Assembly: GCA_963664235.1 (NCBI GenBank)
Contig: OY760933.1
Span: 1,043,920 to 1,107,919, forward strand
Source of the DNA: Acidimicrobiales bacterium
GTDB taxonomy: Bacteria; Actinomycetota; Acidimicrobiia; Acidimicrobiales; CATQHL01
DNA: 64,000 nt
Reading direction: 5' to 3'
Part shown: positions 59,065-64,000 of the stretch, piece after piece
Layout: the number at the start of each line of letters is the position of its first letter
Position numbering within the stretch: position 1 is the first letter of the stretch
The notes under the pieces: model-generated
Told to the model about the DNA's origin: nothing
Database searches by the model: none
What the model saw: only the letters and a program-made list of their open reading frames with translations
Program-made: the position numbers and the translations under genes

Positions 59065-60030
59065 CTAGGAGCGTCGCGGGTGGTGCGGCGGCCAGGGAGC
59101 GTCGGCGACTCCCTGCGCGGCATCCTGGCGGGCCAGAGCCAGCAGCGGCGCCAGCGATCCGGCCCGGTCCTCGAGAGCCGCTTCCACGTCGCCGGCGGTT
59201 CGCCAGCGCTCCGGCATCGTGGCGAGCGTGAAATCACCCGGCTCGGCGCCGGCGACCTCGTCCCAGCGCAGTGGCGCCGCAACCCGCCCGTCGGGACCGG
59301 GGCGCACCGAGTACGCAGACGCCAGCGTGCGGTCACGGGCGTTCTGGTTGTAGTCCACGAAGACCTTCCGGCCCCGGTCCTTCTTACCCCAGGCGCTGGT
59401 GATGAGGTCGGGCCGGCGCCGCTCGGCGGCCCGCGCCAGGGCAAGGGCGGCGTCACGCACCTCGCTGAAGCCGGCAACCGGCACGATGCGCACCACGATG
59501 TGCATGCCCCGTCCACCGGAGGTCCGGGGCCAGCCCACCAGGCCGAAGTCGCCGAGCAGCTCCCGCAACAGGAAGGCCGCCCGGCGGACCGCATCGAAGT
59601 CCAGGCCGGGGGCCGGATCCAGGTCGACGCGAAGTTCGTCGGGGCGGTGCGGTTCGAATCGCCGCACTGCCCAGGGGTGCAGCTCCAGGCATCCCAGGTT
59701 CACTGCCCAGATGACGTGGGCCAGATCCGTGGGGCACAACTCGGTGGCTGTGCGCCCCGACGGGAACGCCACGACGGCCGTCTCCAGCCAGTCCGGGCGG
59801 CTCTCGGGCACCCGCTTCTGGTAGAAGCTCTTGCCCTCGGCGCCGTCGGGGAAGCGGTGCAGCACTGTGGGCCGGCACCACACGCCTCGCAGCGCCCCCG
59901 GGCCGACTGTCAGGTAGTGCCCGACGAGATCCAGCTTGGTCTCACCCCGGGCGGAGAAGTACACCTTGGCGGGGTTGGAGATCCGCACCTGGCGCCCGTC
60001 CACCTCGACGGTCGTGAAGTCTCCGGCCAT
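59065..60030 (-). CDS. Primase-polymerase (Prim-PolC / stand-alone LigD polymerase domain)
   Basis: RFPDG, FYQKR, NLGCLELHPW, DLDP, TSGGRGMH, DYNQNARDRT. Confidence 0.9.
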   Translation of the reverse strand: MAGDFTTVEVDGRQVRISNPAKVYFSARGETKLDLVGHYLTVGPGALRGVWCRPTVLHRFPDGAEGKSFYQKRVPESRPDWLETAVVAFPSGRTATELCPTDLAHVIWAVNLGCLELHPWAVRRFEPHRPDELRVDLDPAPGLDFDAVRRAAFLLRELLGDFGLVGWPRTSGGRGMHIVVRIVPVAGFSEVRDAALALARAAERRRPDLITSAWGKKDRGRKVFVDYNQNARDRTLASAYSVRPGPDGRVAAPLRWDEVAGAEPGDFTLATMPERWRTAGDVEAALEDRAGSLAPLLALARQDAAQGVADAPWPPHHPRRS

Positions 60031-60051
60031 CGGGGGCCACCGCAGGGGTTG

Positions 60052-60969
60052 TCAGCCGCGGGACCGGTGGGCCGCCGCAAGCGCTGCGGCCTGTTCCGCC
60101 AGGCGCCGGGCGTCGATTCGCTCGCACAGTTCCGCGAAACCCGGTCGGGGCCCAACCCAGGCCAGCGAGTCGACCGCTCCGCCGCCTCCCGGCGGCGTGC
60201 TGTCCAGAACCCCCGACACGTCGGTGACCAGTGTGGCCAGGCGCCGGTACAGGTAGGCCTCTTCGCGCCGGGCCACCAGCCGTGCAGCCAGGTTGACCGC
60301 TCCCCGCACCGCCACGTCCCACTGACCCGAGGCGTCGGGGACGTCCTCGATGCGGCCGTAGCGAGCCAGCACCGCCGCGGCTGACTTCGCGCCCCAGCCC
60401 GCCAGGCCACCGAATCCGTCGGCGCTGTCGCCCACCAGCGCCAGATAGTCGGGAATCGAGGCGGGCGGGACGCCGAACCGCTCCACCACCCCGTCCCAGT
60501 CGGTGATCCGGCCGTGACGGCGATCGAACTGCACCACCCGCCCGTCGTCGCTCACACACTGCGCCAGGTCCTTGTCGGGGGTGCAGACCAGGATCCGCTC
60601 CACGGCGGGATCCGTCGCAGCCCGGGCGGCGGCCGTGGCCAGCGCGTCGTCTGCCTCATAGTCGGTCATCGCCCATACGGTGAAGCCGGCGGCGGCGGTG
60701 ACCTCCTCCAGCAGGGGGAACTGCGCCAGCAGGTCGGCGTCGATCCCCTCGCCGCTCTTGTAGCCCGGGTACATGTCGTTGCGGAACGACGGGATCACAT
60801 GGTCGGTGGCGACGCCCACGTGGGTGGCGCCGTCGGTGACCATGCGAAGCAGGCCGCTGACCACCGCCCGGGTGGCCGCCACCTCCTGGCCGGTGGCGGT
60901 GCGGTGCGACGGTCGGGCGAAGTACTGCCGGAACAGTTCGTAGGTTCCGTCGACGAGGTGGACCTGCAT
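60052..60969 (-). CDS. Stand-alone 5'-3' exonuclease / flap endonuclease
   Basis: LVDGTYELFR, SFRN.MYPGYK, EADD, PDKDL, LALVGDSADG..G..GWGAKSA. Confidence 0.9.
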   Translation of the reverse strand: MQVHLVDGTYELFRQYFARPSHRTATGQEVAATRAVVSGLLRMVTDGATHVGVATDHVIPSFRNDMYPGYKSGEGIDADLLAQFPLLEEVTAAAGFTVWAMTDYEADDALATAAARAATDPAVERILVCTPDKDLAQCVSDDGRVVQFDRRHGRITDWDGVVERFGVPPASIPDYLALVGDSADGFGGLAGWGAKSAAAVLARYGRIEDVPDASGQWDVAVRGAVNLAARLVARREEAYLYRRLATLVTDVSGVLDSTPPGGGGAVDSLAWVGPRPGFAELCERIDARRLAEQAAALAAAHRSRG

Positions 60970-60999
60970 TCCCTGCCCCCCTGAGCCGCCGGCCCCGGC

Positions 61000-61401
61000 C
61001 TACTCCTGGACCAGCTCGATGAGCGTGCCGAACGATCCCTTCGGATGCACGAAGGCGATGGTCGTGCCGCGCGAGCCGGGCCGAGGCTCCCGGTCGATCG
61101 GGGTGGCGCCGGCAGCGACCATGGCGGCCAGCGCCGCCTCGCAGTCCTCCACCCGGTAGCCGACGTGGTGCAGCCCCTCGCCGCGGCGCTCGATGAACCT
61201 GGCCACCGGCGAATCGGGTCGCGTCGGCGAGATGAGCTGGATGTAGGAGTCCGCCACCGCCAGCAGGGCCTCCTCCACGCCGTCGCGCTCGACGGTCTCG
61301 CGGTGTGCCACGGTGGCGCCGAAAGCCCGGCGGTGGTAGTCCACGGCGGCCCCGAGGTCGCGCACGGCGACGGCCACGTGGTCGATCTCGGTGAGCAGCA
61401 C
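61000..61401 (-). CDS. mce: Methylmalonyl-CoA epimerase
   Basis: IDHVAVAV, GEGLHHVGYRV, IAFVHPK, GTLIELVQ. Confidence 0.9.
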   Translation of the reverse strand: MLLTEIDHVAVAVRDLGAAVDYHRRAFGATVAHRETVERDGVEEALLAVADSYIQLISPTRPDSPVARFIERRGEGLHHVGYRVEDCEAALAAMVAAGATPIDREPRPGSRGTTIAFVHPKGSFGTLIELVQE

Positions 61402-61503
61402 GACTCCATGATGCCCGCGACGCTGCCCAACGCGTCGGGGGTGCGGCTGTGGGGCACCGCTAGCGTGGTCGGGACAGCCCAACCCGCCGCCACGGAGGTC
61501 GAG

Positions 61504-62697
61504 ATGAGCCCAACGCTGATCCTTGGAGGTGCCCGCACGCCGATCGGCAGGTTCTCGGGAGGGCTCTCGTCGTTCTCCGCAACCGACCTCGGCGGCCTCG
61601 CCATCAGCGCAGCTCTCGAGGCAACCGACGTCCCTGCCACCGAGGTGGACTACGTGTTCATGGGGCAGGTTCTGCTGGCCGGCGAGGGTCAGGCTCCGGC
61701 ACGGGCCGCCGCCACGAAGGCGGGCATCCCTCTCACCGCGCCGGCCGCCACGGTGAACAAGGTCTGCCTCTCGGGGCTCAACGCCGTCTACCTCGCCGGC
61801 CGGATGATCGCCGCCGGCGACGCGGACATCGTCGTGGCGGGTGGCATGGAGTCCATGAGTGGGGCGCCCTATCTGGTGCCGGGGGCGCGTGCGGGGCTGC
61901 GGGCGGGTGACGCCACATTGGTGGACTCGATGATGTACGACGGTTTGACCTGCGCCATCGAGGGCCAATCCATGGGCCTCAGCACAGAACACCATCTCGC
62001 TGCCATAGGGGGCATCAGCCGCGCTTCCCAGGACGCCTTCTCGGCCGCCTCGCACGAGCGGGCGGCACGAGCCACCAAGGACGGACTCCTCGACAGCGAG
62101 ATCGCCCCCGTCGAGGTGCCCCAGCGGCGCGGCGACCCCGTGATCGTGGCGAACGACGAAGGCATCCGTCCCGACACCAGCACCGAGTCTCTTGCCCGGC
62201 TGCGCCCTGCCTTCGATTCGCAGGGCACGGTGACCCCCGGCAACGCCTCGCAGATTTCCGACGGCGCCTCGGCGTTGGTGCTGGCGTCGGCCGCCGCAGC
62301 CGAGCGGCTCGGCATCACGCCGCTCGCCGAGATCCTCTCGTACGGCCAGGTAGCCGGCCCGGACACCTCGCTGCTGACCCAGCCGTCGGTGGCCATCGGA
62401 AAGGCGCTCGAGCGGACCGGCGCCGAATTGGGTGACATCGACCTGTTCGAGATCAACGAGGCGTTCGCCGCGGTGGTGCTCGCCAGCATGGCCGCCCTGG
62501 GGGTACCGCACGACGTGGTGAACGTGAACGGCGGCGCCGTCGCCCTGGGGCACCCCATCGGGGCCTCGGGCAACCGCGTCCTGCTGACGCTGATGCACGA
62601 GCTGCAGCGGCGCGGCGGCGGGCTGGGGGCGGCCGCTCTCTGCGGCGGCGGCGGGCAGGGCGACGCGGCCCTCGTGCGGGTTCCCGCCGCTCCGTAA
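61504..62697 (+). CDS. Acetyl-CoA C-acetyltransferase (thiolase)
   Basis: TVNKVCLSG, NEAF, GHPIGASG, LCGGGGQG. Confidence 0.95.
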   Translation: MSPTLILGGARTPIGRFSGGLSSFSATDLGGLAISAALEATDVPATEVDYVFMGQVLLAGEGQAPARAAATKAGIPLTAPAATVNKVCLSGLNAVYLAGRMIAAGDADIVVAGGMESMSGAPYLVPGARAGLRAGDATLVDSMMYDGLTCAIEGQSMGLSTEHHLAAIGGISRASQDAFSAASHERAARATKDGLLDSEIAPVEVPQRRGDPVIVANDEGIRPDTSTESLARLRPAFDSQGTVTPGNASQISDGASALVLASAAAAERLGITPLAEILSYGQVAGPDTSLLTQPSVAIGKALERTGAELGDIDLFEINEAFAAVVLASMAALGVPHDVVNVNGGAVALGHPIGASGNRVLLTLMHELQRRGGGLGAAALCGGGGQGDAALVRVPAAP

Positions 62698-62767
62698 CCC
62701 CGACGTTACGGACGTAACATTTCCGACGGCGCTTTGAGCAGGGAAAACGTCACGCTGTTGGGGGTAC

Positions 62768-62796
62768 TTGACACATCTGCGTCAAGCTCGTAACAT
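62768..62796 (+). promoter_or_regulatory. sigma70-type promoter TTGACA-N17-TAACAT
   Basis: Perfect -35 at 62768-62773, 17-nt spacer, TANNNT -10 at 62791-62796; -35 overlapped by the dyad CTTGAC-N8-GTCAAG. Confidence 0.7.
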
Positions 62797-62802
62797 AATC
62801 CT

Positions 62803-62926
62803 CATGGTTCTCATCGGGGTTTGCACGATCTTCCCCTCCCCCGGTGCGACGGTCGGGGCGCTGCCTCGTCGGGCCGTAACGTAGCCCGCGCCCACAGCCC
62901 ACGAGGAGCGCCCCGACCGTATTTCT
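62803..62926 (+). ncRNA. Candidate structured small RNA
   Basis: Downstream of the promoter, between convergent genes; C-rich loop CTTCCCCTCCCCC; 14-bp perfect stem 62849-62862/62907-62920 followed by ATTTCT. Confidence 0.5.
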
Positions 62927-62950
62927 CCCGCTGGTTGGTAGCCGCGGGTC

Positions 62951-63565
62951 TCAGTCGCCCAGGATGTCCCGGCGGCCGGTGAGCGCCCGACCCAGCGTCA
63001 ACTCGTCGGCGTATTCCAGGTCACCACCCACGGGCAGGCCACTCGCCAGGCGGGTGACGCCGACGCCCAGCGGGCCCAGCACGCTGGCCACATACATGGC
63101 GGTCGCCTCCCCCTCCAGATTGGGGTTCGTCCCGACGACGACCTCGGTGACAGGCTCGTCGCCGACTCGCCGCAACAACTCCGCCATCCGCAGTTGCTCG
63201 GGCCCGATGCCCTCCATGGGATTGATGGCCCCGTGCAGGACGTGATAGAGCCCTCTGAACTCCCCGGTCCGCTCGAAGGCCACGACGTCCCGGGGATCTT
63301 CGACGACACAGATCAGGGACTCGTCGCGGCGGGGATCGCCGCATATGTCACACAGTTCGTCTGTGGCCATATTGCAGCACCGCCGGCAGAACCGCACGCT
63401 GCGCTTCGCCTCGCTGATCGCGGCCGACAGTTCCTCGACATCGGCAGCCGGCGCTTTCAGCAGGTGGAATGCGATGCGTTGGGCCGACTTCGGGCCGATG
63501 CCGGGCAGCCGTCCCAGCTGGTCGATCAACTCCTGGATCGGGGCGGTATAGCCGCCGGTGGCCAC
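62951..63565 (-). CDS. recR: Recombination mediator RecR
   Basis: [18 protein letters not shown]4 zinc finger, [32 protein letters not shown]. Confidence 0.97.
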   Translation of the reverse strand: MATGGYTAPIQELIDQLGRLPGIGPKSAQRIAFHLLKAPAADVEELSAAISEAKRSVRFCRRCCNMATDELCDICGDPRRDESLICVVEDPRDVVAFERTGEFRGLYHVLHGAINPMEGIGPEQLRMAELLRRVGDEPVTEVVVGTNPNLEGEATAMYVASVLGPLGVGVTRLASGLPVGGDLEYADELTLGRALTGRRDILGD

Positions 63566-63576
63566 GGCGTGTCCCG

Positions 63577-64000
63577 CTAGGTGGCTTCGAGTTCGACGAG
63601 GCGCGAGCCGGGAAACGCCTGCTGGACCTGAGCCACCCCGCTGCGGTCCCGGCTGATCGGCCGCGCCCTGGGAAGCGCCGTGGTGTTCAAGACCTCGCCG
63701 AGATACGGCGAACGCGTCGCTGGAGCGCCCGCCGAAGCAGACGGCGGGCCCGGCGTGCTGCGGTCGTCGAGTACGAGCTCGACAGACACGGGACGGTCGA
63801 AGCAACGCCCGAATTCCGCCTCGACGGCCGAGCGCAAGTCCTCGCACCGATCCAGGGACCCGGGAGTGGGGAACGCCAGCCGGAGGGCGCCGGGCGCGTT
63901 CGGCAGGAATCGCCCGGTGGCGAGCCGGGCGCCGGCACTCTTGGGCAGCGAGGGCAGAATCTCCGCCACCCACGCCAGCACCGCCTCGTCGCGATCCGGC
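63577..64000 (-). CDS. dnaX: DNA polymerase III gamma/tau, C-terminal part (runs off the window end)
   Basis: Directly upstream of recR; ends [15 protein letters not shown], resembling actinobacterial DnaX C-termini. Confidence 0.65.
   Translation of the reverse strand, partial: PDRDEAVLAWVAEILPSLPKSAGARLATGRFLPNAPGALRLAFPTPGSLDRCEDLRSAVEAEFGRCFDRPVSVELVLDDRSTPGPPSASAGAPATRSPYLGEVLNTTALPRARPISRDRSGVAQVQQAFPGSRLVELEAT

Overview
High-GC actinobacterial chromosome segment; the RpoB sequence, DtxR/IdeR box, crgA/pknB and frequent leaderless starts suggest Acidimicrobiia (inference). Most of the window is core genome: rpoB(partial)-rplL-rplJ-rplA-rplK-nusG-secE with tRNA-Trp/Met/Thr, ade, tRNA-Tyr, gcvT-H-PA-PB, htpX, acs, bfd-bfr, tRNA-Leu-PP2C-pknB-trpG-crgA, ligC/Prim-Pol/flap endonuclease, mce, thiolase, recR and dnaX(partial). 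The main accessory feature is a ~7.5 kb defence island with atypical base composition (16054-23644). It is bounded by an exact 36-bp direct repeat equal to the 3' end of htpX and contains no integrase. It carries (i) a divergent pair, a putative PD-(D/E)xK nuclease fused to HEAT-like repeats and a Zn-ribbon amino-DNA methyltransferase, and (ii) a CBASS operon TIR-SAVED / CD-NTase / Cap2 (E2-E1) with no Cap3 JAB gene. Other notable signals: a candidate structured sRNA with a near-consensus sigma70 promoter between thiolase and recR, a dispersed CGTC-type REP palindrome with one tandem expansion, four EamA paralogues around a Fluc pair, and several enzymes with degenerate catalytic motifs. All calls come from motif recognition by eye; no searches were run.
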